A stretch of 64,000 bases of DNA, taken from Chloroflexaceae bacterium. GTDB taxonomy: Bacteria; Chloroflexota; Chloroflexia; Chloroflexales; Chloroflexaceae. Location of the stretch: assembly GCA_034437035.1 (NCBI GenBank), contig DAOTUI010000072.1, forward strand, positions 55,107 through 119,106, given 5' to 3'. The notes beneath the pieces were generated by a model. The model saw only the letters and a program-made list of their open reading frames with translations. It had not been told where the DNA came from and did not search any database. The translations under genes and the position numbers were made by a program. Positions 1 through 9,530 of the stretch are shown piece after piece. The first letter of the stretch is position 1; every line of letters begins with the position of its first letter.

Positions 1-482
1 TCTGGCTGGTACCGCTGCTGTTGAGTATGGTGGTCCTGGTACTGGACCAGGCCGGCAAATATTGGATTGTCCAGACACTCGGGCCGCAACCACTGACGGA
101 AGCTATTCCGCTGATCGGCAACTGGTTCCGCTTTATCTACTCGCATAACACGGGCGTGGCGTTTAGCCTGTTTCAGAATATACCGCAATTTCTGACGATT
201 GTCGCACTGGGCATTACAGTCGGCGTGATCTATGCCTATGCGCGGCATATGCCCAATCGCAGCCCGCTGATCCAGGTCAGCGTGGGACTGATCGTCGGTG
301 GGGCGCTGGGCAATGTGATCGACCGGCTGCGCCTGGGGTATGTGGTCGATTTTATCCAGGTGGGCTGGTGGCCGGTGTTCAATATTGCCGATAGCGCCAT
401 CTGTGTGGGCGCGGCGCTGCTGCTGCTGGGCATGTCCCGGATCGAGGCCGCCCAACGCCGCCGGGAACAGGTTACGGTTTAG
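1..482 (+). CDS. lspA: Lipoprotein signal peptidase (signal peptidase II), 5' end cut by window edge
   Basis: Frame is open from nt 3 (WLVPLLLS... aligns with QRWLVPGLVA of the downstream paralog). Motifs NTGVAFS, GGALGNVIDR and FNIADSAI are typical of peptidase A8. Confidence 0.85.
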   Translation, partial: WLVPLLLSMVVLVLDQAGKYWIVQTLGPQPLTEAIPLIGNWFRFIYSHNTGVAFSLFQNIPQFLTIVALGITVGVIYAYARHMPNRSPLIQVSVGLIVGGALGNVIDRLRLGYVVDFIQVGWWPVFNIADSAICVGAALLLLGMSRIEAAQRRREQVTV

Positions 483-506
483 TGATGTCAGGGGGAATTG
501 TGTAGC

Positions 507-1076
507 ATGCCTTCATTGCCCATGCTTAAACAGCGCTGGCTGGTACCGGGACTGGTGGCCGCACTGCTGCTCATGCTTGACCAACTGAGTAAGCGCTGGG
601 TGGTGCAGGAACTTGGGCCAACGCCGGGGAACCGCCAGATCTTTCTGGTGGAGGACTGGTTCAGCCTGATCTATGTGCAAAACACTGGGATTGCGTTTGG
701 CTTCTTCAAAGGCATGTCCACCGTTTTTACAGTGGTGGCGCTGCTGGTAGCGGCGGGCATCATCTATGCCTATCTCTTCTATCTGCCGAATCGCAACCGC
801 TGGGTGCAGGTCAGTACCGGCCTGATCCTGGGCGGGGCGCTGGGCAATGTGATCGACCGGCTGTTGTTGCAGCATGTGGTGGACTTTATCCAGGTGGGTT
901 GGTGGCCGACCTTTAACCTGGCCGACAGCGGCATTAGTGTCGGTGTGGTGTTGCTGGCGTTTTATCTGCTGCCGGCACCGGATCTGGACGCGGCTCCGGC
1001 CCCGCCGCGCGATGATGCGCTGTTGAGCGAACTGCTTAGCCGCGAGGTCGGATCGCGCGAGTCGGGACCGCAGTAA
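507..1076 (+). CDS. lspA: Second lipoprotein signal peptidase paralog with a Pro/Ala/Asp-rich C-terminal tail
   Basis: ATG at 507 follows AGGGGGA at 489-495. Motifs NTGIAFG, GGALGNVIDR and FNLADSGI are present. By eye roughly half the residues are identical to the upstream copy. Confidence 0.85.
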   Translation: MPSLPMLKQRWLVPGLVAALLLMLDQLSKRWVVQELGPTPGNRQIFLVEDWFSLIYVQNTGIAFGFFKGMSTVFTVVALLVAAGIIYAYLFYLPNRNRWVQVSTGLILGGALGNVIDRLLLQHVVDFIQVGWWPTFNLADSGISVGVVLLAFYLLPAPDLDAAPAPPRDDALLSELLSREVGSRESGPQ

Positions 1077-1187
1077 CATGGGCGGCAATCGGCGGGCTGA
1101 GACATCCGGATGCCGGCGCGCAACGTAAAAGGTAAAGGGCTACTGTCCCCATCATCATAATCACCATACAAATTGGGGGAGATCATC

Positions 1188-2141
1188 GTGAAGGATGCAG
1201 AATATAGTGTGGGGGAGGAGGTTGTGCGGTTGCAGGTCGCACCCGACCAGGCGGGCGAACGCCTTGACCGCTATGTAACCCGAACAATTGACACAATATC
1301 GCGCTCCTATGCCCGCCAACTGATCGAAGATGGGCATATTCAGCTTAATAAACGTTTTACCAAACCCAGCCAACCCGTGCGCAGCGGCGATGTGATCCTG
1401 GTGCGCCGTCCCGTAGCGCAGCCGACCGACATCGAACCGGAGGTTATTCCACTCAATATTGTATACGAGGACGACGATATTGTCGTCGTGGATAAGGCCG
1501 CCGGCATGGTGGTGCATCCCGCACCCGGGCATACGCGGGGAACGCTGGTCAACGCGCTACTGGCACGCTACCCGAATATGCAGGTCAGCGGCAATCTGCG
1601 GCCCGGCATTGTCCACCGACTGGATCAGGATACCTCCGGGTTGCTGGTGGTGGCGCGCAATGATCAGGCGATGCGCATGATTACCGAGCAGCAGAAGGCG
1701 CGCACCATGCACAAAGCTTATCTGGCGGTTATCGACGGGCGCATGAAGGAACTGGCCGGGGTGATTGATGCACCGATCGGGCGGCACCCGGTTGATCGCA
1801 AACGGCAGACCATCAGCGCCACGGGCCGACCCGCGCGGACGCACTATCAGGTGCTGGAGGAACTGGGCGACTACACGTTGATTGAGGCGCGGCTGGAAAC
1901 CGGGCGCACCCATCAGATCCGCGTCCATTTTGCCTCGCGGAGTCGTCCGGTACTGGGTGATCAAATGTATGGGCCGCGTAAGCCGCGCGCCACCTTTGGC
2001 CTGAAACGCCAGTTCTTGCATGCCTACAAGCTGGGATTTACCCTCCCCTCCAGCAGCACATGGCGCGAGTTTACCTCGCCGCTGCCGGAAGATCTGCAGA
2101 CGGCGCTGGCAAAACTACGCACCGTTGCTCACACTCGCTGA
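1188..2141 (+). CDS. rluD: RluA/RluD-family 23S rRNA pseudouridine synthase (S4 domain plus catalytic HRLDQDTSG motif)
   Basis: HRLDQDTSGLLVVA catalytic motif and an N-terminal S4-like region. The GTG at 1188 follows GGGGGAG at 1175-1181; the ORF track starts at TTG 1173. Confidence 0.85.
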   Translation: MKDAEYSVGEEVVRLQVAPDQAGERLDRYVTRTIDTISRSYARQLIEDGHIQLNKRFTKPSQPVRSGDVILVRRPVAQPTDIEPEVIPLNIVYEDDDIVVVDKAAGMVVHPAPGHTRGTLVNALLARYPNMQVSGNLRPGIVHRLDQDTSGLLVVARNDQAMRMITEQQKARTMHKAYLAVIDGRMKELAGVIDAPIGRHPVDRKRQTISATGRPARTHYQVLEELGDYTLIEARLETGRTHQIRVHFASRSRPVLGDQMYGPRKPRATFGLKRQFLHAYKLGFTLPSSSTWREFTSPLPEDLQTALAKLRTVAHTR

Positions 2142-2147
2142 GGTTTA

Positions 2148-2156
2148 TGCTACAAT
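2148..2156 (+). promoter_or_regulatory. Extended -10 like element TGCTACAAT upstream of mdh
   Basis: TGnTACAAT lies 46 nt upstream of the mdh ATG. No clear -35. Confidence 0.3.
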
Positions 2157-2192
2157 GGGCTTCTGTGTACTGGTCTAGCTACAAGGAGGTAG

Positions 2193-3131
<939 letters not shown>

Positions 3132-3153
3132 ACCGGACGGTTGCGTCGGTTTA

Positions 3154-3196
3154 TTCTCCGCACGGTGCATAGCCATCATATGCACCGTGCGGAGAA
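3154..3196 (+). terminator. 18-bp perfect stem hairpin downstream of mdh
   Basis: TTCTCCGCACGGTGCATA / TATGCACCGTGCGGAGAA with a 7-nt loop. It is followed only by TT, so this is not a canonical U-tract. Confidence 0.45.
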
Positions 3197-3659
3197 TTGC
3201 GTACAAAACAGGCTCCCCCGCCGCCTTTCCGAATACTCCCGATTTATGCTGAGACAACCTGCATGGAATGCGGTAGCAGAGTTCGCTAACAAATGGAATG
3301 ATGAAACTGCCAACACCAGGAGAAGAGCGAAAATAATTATTGTATAATAGTCCAGGATATACATAGTCGTCAGACAACCGGATGAGGTTTAATTCCAGCA
3401 GAGTGGAAGAGATTACCATCTTTTGGAAAAACAGAAAAAAAGGAACAGGTTGCCGCAGACAAACGGTGTGGTACATACACTCATCTCCCGATTTGTGTCC
3501 CCACCGTGTATATCCTGTACCGCTTCGATTGCTGTTCTATCACTGTAACTTCAACTTCTGTACCTTCGTATGCGTACCACTCATCAACACCACCGCACGC
3601 TGGGGTCTTCCGCGCGCCATGAAGCACACCTGGCACACAACGAGATAGAGAGGGGCATT

Positions 3660-5447
3660 GTGGAAGCCACAACCACCAGCACATCAACTTTTACCAACCA
3701 AGATCGCTGGCAAATGCTCGGAGGCGAGCGGTTCTATGCTATTGCGCGCTGGTTGATGCTGCTGCTGCTGTTTGCTATCAGCCCGCTGCTGACACCTATT
3801 CCGGTCTGGCCGATCACCTCGGGTGATCTGACGGTCATGCTATTGTGGGCCTATGCCGGATTTGCCGTCCTGACTACCGTATCGCTGTTTATTCCTCCGC
3901 TTAGCCCACTGCTCAAACTGGCCTATCTGATAGATATTGCGTTTATTTCGTTTCTGGCGCTGTTTAGCGGGGAGACGATGATGCTCTTCTTCCCGCTCTA
4001 TCTGCTGCCGCTGATCAGTGCCGCCATTCGCCAGCAACCCGCAGTCAGCCTGCTGTCCGGCATTGTGGCCTCGTTTTTCTACATTATGGCCATCGTCGGC
4101 GGGAGTATGGATGCGGAGCAGACCACCCTGGCGCTGGCTCCGCTGGATTATATCTCCCTGGGATTGCAGGTGCTCACGCTGAGCTTTATTCCCTGGCTCA
4201 CCAGTGGCCTGGCCGAACGCTGGACTGCCAGCAACCGGCGCAGTGTTGCCGCCGCACAGCAGCAGACGGATGAAGCCTTACGCGCGGCCCAATCCTTCCG
4301 TGATCAGATGCGCTCGCTTTACGAGGTCGCCTATGCGCTCTCAACCACGATGAACTACCAGCATGTGCTGGAGTCAACACTCGAGGAGAGCCAGAAGCTG
4401 GTGCCCTACACCGCCGGACTCGTACTGCTATCCAGTGGAGTGGCCGATGAACTCTATGTTGCCGCCGGTCACGGTATCCAGACAAGTGACATGGGTCGCC
4501 GCATTCAGGTAATGAAGGGAAATATTGCCAATGCGCTGCGCTCACCCGATCCCCGGCTGGCAAATGATATCAGCCATGAGCCGGATCTGCGGCATATCGA
4601 GACGGTGCAAACCTGTAAGGCTGCCTGTATTATTCCGCTCCGCGCCCAGTTACGCACCTACGGCATTATGCTGATTGCCGGCGACCGGAACAATGCGTTT
4701 AGCGCCGAACAACTCGATATGGTGAATGCGCTGGCACAGTATGCGATTATCGCGCTACACAACGCGCAATTGCTGATCGATCTAAAGGAAGAGCGCAACA
4801 AGCTGATCTCCAAAGAAGAAGAAGTCCGCCGCCAACTGGCGCGTGACCTGCACGATGGACCGGCGCAGGCGCTGGCGGCGATTACGATGAATATCGAGTT
4901 TATCAAGCGACTGCTTGAACGTGACCCGCAGCGCGTGATCGAAGAGCTGGACAAGCTGAGTACCCTGTCCAAACGCACAACCTACGAGGTGCGCACGATG
5001 CTGTTTGAACTACGCCCGCTGGTGCTGGAAACTCAGGGGCTGCGGGTGACGCTGGAGCAGTACCTGGAGCGCTTCCAGAACAGCGAGAACAACAACGGCA
5101 CCGAGATTATCCTCGAGACGGAAGATGTCGATGATGTCTCGCTCGATACCAAGACCGAGGGAACACTCTTCAATATTATTCAGGAAGCGATCAACAATGC
5201 GCTCAAGCATGCGCAGGCCCAGCATATCTGGGTGCGACTCCAGAGCGACGGTATCAATCTCACGACGATTGTGCAGGACGATGGGAAAGGCTTCGACAAG
5301 GCCAAGGTGCTGCGCTCGTACGAGAAACGAGGCTCGTTCGGTCTGCTCAATATTGATGAGCGGGCCCGCCTGGTCGGTGGCAACGCCGATATGGAGTCGG
5401 CTCCCGGCGAAGGTACAAAGGTGAGCATTGTTGTCCCCCTCGAATAG
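3660..5447 (+). CDS. Membrane sensor histidine kinase (multi-TM N-terminus, GAF, HisKA_3 H-box, HATPase_c)
   Basis: H-box LARDLHDGPAQAL (NarX/DegS-type HisKA_3) and a C-terminal N/G boxes region (NNALKHA, DDGKGF, GLLNIDERA). Start is uncertain: GTG 3660 after GAGAGGGG, ATG 3570 and ATG 3714 are all possible. Confidence 0.8.
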   Translation: MEATTTSTSTFTNQDRWQMLGGERFYAIARWLMLLLLFAISPLLTPIPVWPITSGDLTVMLLWAYAGFAVLTTVSLFIPPLSPLLKLAYLIDIAFISFLALFSGETMMLFFPLYLLPLISAAIRQQPAVSLLSGIVASFFYIMAIVGGSMDAEQTTLALAPLDYISLGLQVLTLSFIPWLTSGLAERWTASNRRSVAAAQQQTDEALRAAQSFRDQMRSLYEVAYALSTTMNYQHVLESTLEESQKLVPYTAGLVLLSSGVADELYVAAGHGIQTSDMGRRIQVMKGNIANALRSPDPRLANDISHEPDLRHIETVQTCKAACIIPLRAQLRTYGIMLIAGDRNNAFSAEQLDMVNALAQYAIIALHNAQLLIDLKEERNKLISKEEEVRRQLARDLHDGPAQALAAITMNIEFIKRLLERDPQRVIEELDKLSTLSKRTTYEVRTMLFELRPLVLETQGLRVTLEQYLERFQNSENNNGTEIILETEDVDDVSLDTKTEGTLFNIIQEAINNALKHAQAQHIWVRLQSDGINLTTIVQDDGKGFDKAKVLRSYEKRGSFGLLNIDERARLVGGNADMESAPGEGTKVSIVVPLE

Positions 5448-5453
5448 TGCGCT

Positions 5454-6326
5454 ATGAATCCTTACCTTTCGCCCCAGCGGGTCCGGGCCGCCTTGCGTGC
5501 GCTGGGATTGCGCCCCACTCGGGGTATGGGCCAGAACTTCCTCATTGATCATGAGGTTCTGCAAACGATTGTCGCTACCGCCGAACTGACCGCTACCGAC
5601 CGGGTGATTGAGGTTGGTCCCGGCCTGGGGGTGCTGACCTGGGAACTATTACAGCAGGCCGGGCAGGTACTGGCGGTTGAACTGGACAAACGGCTGGCGG
5701 CGCGTCTACGCGAGGAGTTCGCAGCCGCGCCACAGCTTCAGGTAATCCAGGGCGATATCCTCAAGTTGCCTCCCGAGGCGATTTTGCAGCAGGCGGGCCT
5801 CAACGCGGATGCGCCCTACAACGTGGTAGCGAACCTGCCCTACGCGATTACCTCGCCCGTGCTGCGCCACTTCCTGGAAGCTACCCACAAGCCGGGCCTG
5901 CTGGTGATCCTGATCCAGTGGGAGGTTGCCCAGCGCATCACGGCTACTGCCGGCAACCTCAGCGTGCTGGCTCACTCCGTCCAGATCTATGCGCAGCCGG
6001 AGATTGTTGCGCGCGTTCCGGCCGGCAGCTTTTTCCCCCAACCCGCCGTAGACTCGGCCATCCTGCGTTTGCAGGTCTACTCCACTCCCGCCGCTGCAGT
6101 TGATTCGATTAACGCGCTGTTCCGCGTGATTAAGGCGGGATTTCTTCAGCCACGCAAAAAGCTCTCCAACGCCCTCCCCGGCGGGCTGGCCGCGATGGGG
6201 CAGCGTATCCCCCGCGAGACGGCTGTCGCCGCGCTGGAGGCCGCCGGTGTTGCTCCAGAGCGCCGCGCCGAAACGGTGACACTGGAAGAGTGGACCCGCA
6301 TGTACACAGCGCTACGTGATATGTAA
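5454..6326 (+). CDS. rsmA: 16S rRNA (adenine1518/1519-N6)-dimethyltransferase
   Basis: GQNFLID, VIEVGPGLGVLT SAM motif and NLPYAITSP motif. Confidence 0.9.
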   Translation: MNPYLSPQRVRAALRALGLRPTRGMGQNFLIDHEVLQTIVATAELTATDRVIEVGPGLGVLTWELLQQAGQVLAVELDKRLAARLREEFAAAPQLQVIQGDILKLPPEAILQQAGLNADAPYNVVANLPYAITSPVLRHFLEATHKPGLLVILIQWEVAQRITATAGNLSVLAHSVQIYAQPEIVARVPAGSFFPQPAVDSAILRLQVYSTPAAAVDSINALFRVIKAGFLQPRKKLSNALPGGLAAMGQRIPRETAVAALEAAGVAPERRAETVTLEEWTRMYTALRDM

Positions 6327-6327
6327 A

Positions 6328-6420
6328 GTTCTCAGGTCTCAGGTCTCAGGTCTCGGTTCTTTGTTCTCGCTCGGTTCTTTGTTCTTTGTTCTCAGTTCTT
6401 CCTCGGTTCTTTCTACTTTC
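6328..6420. repeat. Degenerate heptamer microsatellite (CTCAGGT x3, then CTCGGTT/CTTTGTT variants)
   Basis: Direct reading: gtt ctcaggt ctcaggt ctcaggt ctcggtt ctttgtt ... immediately after the rsmA stop. Confidence 0.75.
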
Positions 6421-6592
6421 TATACCTCCTGTTAACCTTTTGTAACACTACGAGCTACAGTCGGCCCCGTATACTTGCTCCGTGTACACACTACGTCGCG
6501 CCGGTACGCCGGCCGACGACGCGCGTTTGCTCCCACATATGTCGCGACATGCGTTGAACCTGGACAGGCATTGAAGCTCACAAGGAGAACGT

Positions 6593-7648
6593 ATGCGTCA
6601 CGCCGGATATGGCCTGGGGCTGTTGTTGCTGGTGCTGTTCACCCTGGTTGTTCGTGGCAGTTTTGCCAATCCTCCCGCGCAGGTCTTCACCGAGACCGGC
6701 TATACCGTCCGAGAGCCCTTTCTCTCCTTCTGGCAGCAGGGTGGAGTCACGCGCTTTGGCTACCCCATCTCGCCGGAATTCCCGGAGCAGAACCCCGACG
6801 ATGGGCAGGTTTACACGGTGCAATATTTTGAGCGGGTGCGGCTGGAGTATCATCCCGGCACTGCAATGCCGATTCAGCCGGGGCGGCTGGGGGCGCAACG
6901 CCTGGCCCAACTGCCGGCGGAAGCAGTGGATGTGCTGCTTCCGGCCGTGGGAACGCCGGCAGCCCCCTTCCTGCCCGCTGCGGATAACACCTGTCACACC
7001 TTTGTCGAAACCGATCAGGCGCTCTGCGGACCCTTTGCCGCATACTGGCAGGCCGGTGGTGGCCTGCCAATGTTGGGCTACCCGCTTACACCGCCGCTGG
7101 TTCATCGCACGGCCGCTGGTCAAACACTGATAGCCCAGTACACCGAGCGTGCTCGACTGGAGTTTGACCCTGCCAGCCGGCAGGTTACGCTGGGACTGCT
7201 GGGGCGGGAGCTGTATGTGCCGCAGCCGGGGATGGAGCCGCAGCCGCCGATCATGGCGAACGAGCGGGTAGTGGTACAGCTTATCGTGCTGATCAACCAG
7301 GAGCGGGCCGTGGCCGGACTGCCGGCGCTGACGCCTGCGCCGGAGTTGATGGCAGCGGCGCAGGGACATAGCCAGGATATGGCGACGACCGGCGTTATCA
7401 GCCATACCAGCGCGGATGGGCGCACCGCACCACAGCGCATGCAGGCGACCGGATATAACTGGTCTCGCTGTGGTGAAAATATCGCGGTCGGGTTTACCAC
7501 CCCGGCGGCGGCGATGCAATTCTGGATGAACAGTCCACCGCATCGCGGGAATATCCTCGACCCGGGCATGCGCGAAGTGGGCGTGGGCTATGTGCAGCAA
7601 CCCGGCGGCTATGGACACTACTGGACGATCAACTTCGGCGAGCGGTGA
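6593..7648 (+). CDS. Secreted protein: duplicated GYP..QYFERxRLE modules plus a C-terminal CAP/SCP (PR-1-like, YkwD-type) domain
   Basis: Signal-like N-terminus and AAGGAG SD. C-terminal region reads GHSQDM...SHTSADG...GENIA...MNSPPHRGNIL...VGVGY. Confidence 0.75.
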   Translation: MRHAGYGLGLLLLVLFTLVVRGSFANPPAQVFTETGYTVREPFLSFWQQGGVTRFGYPISPEFPEQNPDDGQVYTVQYFERVRLEYHPGTAMPIQPGRLGAQRLAQLPAEAVDVLLPAVGTPAAPFLPAADNTCHTFVETDQALCGPFAAYWQAGGGLPMLGYPLTPPLVHRTAAGQTLIAQYTERARLEFDPASRQVTLGLLGRELYVPQPGMEPQPPIMANERVVVQLIVLINQERAVAGLPALTPAPELMAAAQGHSQDMATTGVISHTSADGRTAPQRMQATGYNWSRCGENIAVGFTTPAAAMQFWMNSPPHRGNILDPGMREVGVGYVQQPGGYGHYWTINFGER

Positions 7649-7661
7649 GGCAACCCATCTC

Positions 7662-7689
7662 GTAGGGACGCGCTTCCGCGCGTCCCTAC
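7662..7689. terminator. REP-like 12-bp stem hairpin GTAGGGACGCGC-TTCC-GCGCGTCCCTAC between convergent genes
   Basis: Perfect inverted repeat. It overlaps the stop codon of the WD40 gene (7686-7688). The same core recurs at 43.2 kb and 62.3 kb. Confidence 0.6.
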
Positions 7690-8816
7690 ACACCATCACC
7701 CATATGCCAGAGCTTCACCAGCCCATTGCCCAGCGCGGCTGCCAGCGTCTGCCCATCGGGGCTAAACGCGACCCAGGCCGCCGATGAGCCGGGCTCCAGC
7801 GTGAGAAGTGCCTCACCCGTGGCGATCCGCCAGAGCCACAACGTCTCATCCTCCGCGCCGCTCGCCAGTAGCGCACCATCCGGGCTGAAGGCGACCGAGC
7901 GCACCTCGTCCAGATGGCCGGTTAATACCTGCTGCTCCTGGCCGGTTGCCACATCCCAGAGCCGCACCGTGGCATCCTTGGAACCGCTTGCCAGCAGCGA
8001 ACCGTCCGGACTGAAGGTGGTCGGCAGCACCCAGTGCGTATGCCCCTCCAGAATATGTTCCGGCGCACCCTGGACTACATCCCAGAGCCGCACGGTGTAG
8101 TCCAGCGAGCCACTGGAGATCAGCGCCCCGTCCGGGCTCCAGTCCACGCTCTCGACCCAGTTGCTATGGCCGGTGAAGGTCTGGAGTAACGCGGCCTGTG
8201 CGACATCCCAGGTACGGACGGTGTAGTCCTTGGAGCCGCTTGCCAGTTGCGTCCCGTCCGGGTTAAACACCACCCCGGCAACCTCGTCGGTATGGCCGGT
8301 CAGGGTGGCAAGCTCTGCGCCGTCGGGCAGGCTCCAGAGTTTGATCGTTGTGTCAACCGAGCCGGTCGCCAGCATTCGCCCATCCGGGTGAAAGACCACG
8401 GAGCGCACCGCATCGGTGTGGCCCACCAGGGTCATGATCTCCTGGCGGGTTGCCATATCCCACAGTTTCACCGTTGCATCCGCCGAGGCCGAGGCCAGCG
8501 TGTCACCATCGGGGCTGAAGGCCACAGCCCAGAGTCCGCCGGTGTGCCCGCGTAGCGTCGCCAATTCTTCACCGAAGGCATAGGCCGGGGTGGGCGTGGC
8601 GACGGGTGAAGGCGTTGCAGTTGGCGGCAGCGGCGTGGAAGTGACTGCCGGGGTTGGTGTGGCGGCCGGCAGCGGAGTTGCAATGACGGTCGGCGTGGCG
8701 GTAGCCGGTTGGGTAGCCGCGGGCGCTCCGGTGCAACCACTCAGCAGGCTGCTCACGCTGAAGAACAGACCGAGCCGGAGCAACAGGCGGGCCAGACGAG
8801 TGGTTGCGGTCGGCAT
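7686..8816 (-). CDS. WD40-repeat lipoprotein with Pro/Thr/Ala-rich linker
   Basis: ATG at 8816 preceded by GGAGGAGGAG. Lipobox LLSGC. Six to seven GH..V.SV.FSPDG...SGS.D.T..LWD repeats. The ORF-track start at 9017 adds an implausible 67-aa extension. Confidence 0.85.
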   Translation of the reverse strand: MPTATTRLARLLLRLGLFFSVSSLLSGCTGAPAATQPATATPTVIATPLPAATPTPAVTSTPLPPTATPSPVATPTPAYAFGEELATLRGHTGGLWAVAFSPDGDTLASASADATVKLWDMATRQEIMTLVGHTDAVRSVVFHPDGRMLATGSVDTTIKLWSLPDGAELATLTGHTDEVAGVVFNPDGTQLASGSKDYTVRTWDVAQAALLQTFTGHSNWVESVDWSPDGALISSGSLDYTVRLWDVVQGAPEHILEGHTHWVLPTTFSPDGSLLASGSKDATVRLWDVATGQEQQVLTGHLDEVRSVAFSPDGALLASGAEDETLWLWRIATGEALLTLEPGSSAAWVAFSPDGQTLAAALGNGLVKLWHMGDGV

Positions 8817-8994
8817 GGTAGCTCCTCCTCCTGATACCGATTTGTTGTCGTAGCCACAGCGAACACCGAGGACGCAGCGATGATCCACGGGAATGTGCCG
8901 GCGCTGCGCCCGTTGCGCCCATTCCGGCTGATTGCCGGTTTGCCGGCACATTGGTATGAGATGGGTTAGCGCTGTATCAGGATACCATAATAAA

Positions 8995-9088
8995 AAGAAC
9001 AGACAAACATCGAACAAAGAACAAACACAATGTCCAGTAGCGCGTCCCCAGTGCGCTTTGTTTTATGTTTCTTTGTTCTGTGTTCTCG
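8995..9088. repeat. Imperfect low-complexity palindrome (GAACAAAGAAC / GTTCTTTGTTC arms) around a GCGCGTCC-like centre
   Basis: Left arm is aagaacagacaaacatcgaacaaagaacaaacac. Right arm is gttttatgtttctttgttctgtgttctcg. Confidence 0.5.
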
Positions 9089-9530
9089 TCAATCGACCCG
9101 AGCTATTTGACAATCTCTGGCGAGATATGCTATAAAACTTTCAATATACCCAGTGATAGTGATAACAAACAGTTATACCTGCCAGGAAATGAACCCATAT
9201 CTTGCAGGAATATGTATTCCACACGAACGTTCAGCGTAGAACGTTGGCGAACTCCGCAGTGATGCGACGGCAGATGTGCCCTAACCCACCGGCTCCGCAT
9301 TGTGGGTCTTTTTTTTACTCCGCAACGATGCGATAGTACATGTAGATACGCTGTATTTGCTGCTCCATAATGCATGCGATTTCGCCCACAGGAGCATATA
9401 CATCCGGTCTATGCAGGCTTCAGCGAGCATACTGAGGTCTGTCTTGTGATACTTTCTTTTTAGCGGGGAGCCCTTCTCTCATTGAAACAATAGCAGTGTC
9501 AATGTGGGGTACTGCGGAGGCAAAAGCTAC

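Noticed and set aside
3200-3570. Small ORFs (62-142 aa) in the AT-rich spacer between mdh and the histidine kinase
   Set aside because: They overlap on both strands, lack SD sequences and have low-complexity or odd composition. The region is more plausibly promoter or leader DNA and contains TTGTATAAT.
6578-7699. 373-aa minus-strand ORF, plus 173-aa and 149-aa overlapping ORFs
   Set aside because: It is antisense or out of frame to the CAP/SCP-domain gene, which has a signal peptide, an SD and a conserved C-terminal domain.
8817-9017. 67-aa N-terminal extension of the WD40 ORF in the track
   Set aside because: The internal ATG at 8816 has a strong GGAGG-type SD and is followed at once by a signal peptide and lipobox. 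The extension has no such features.
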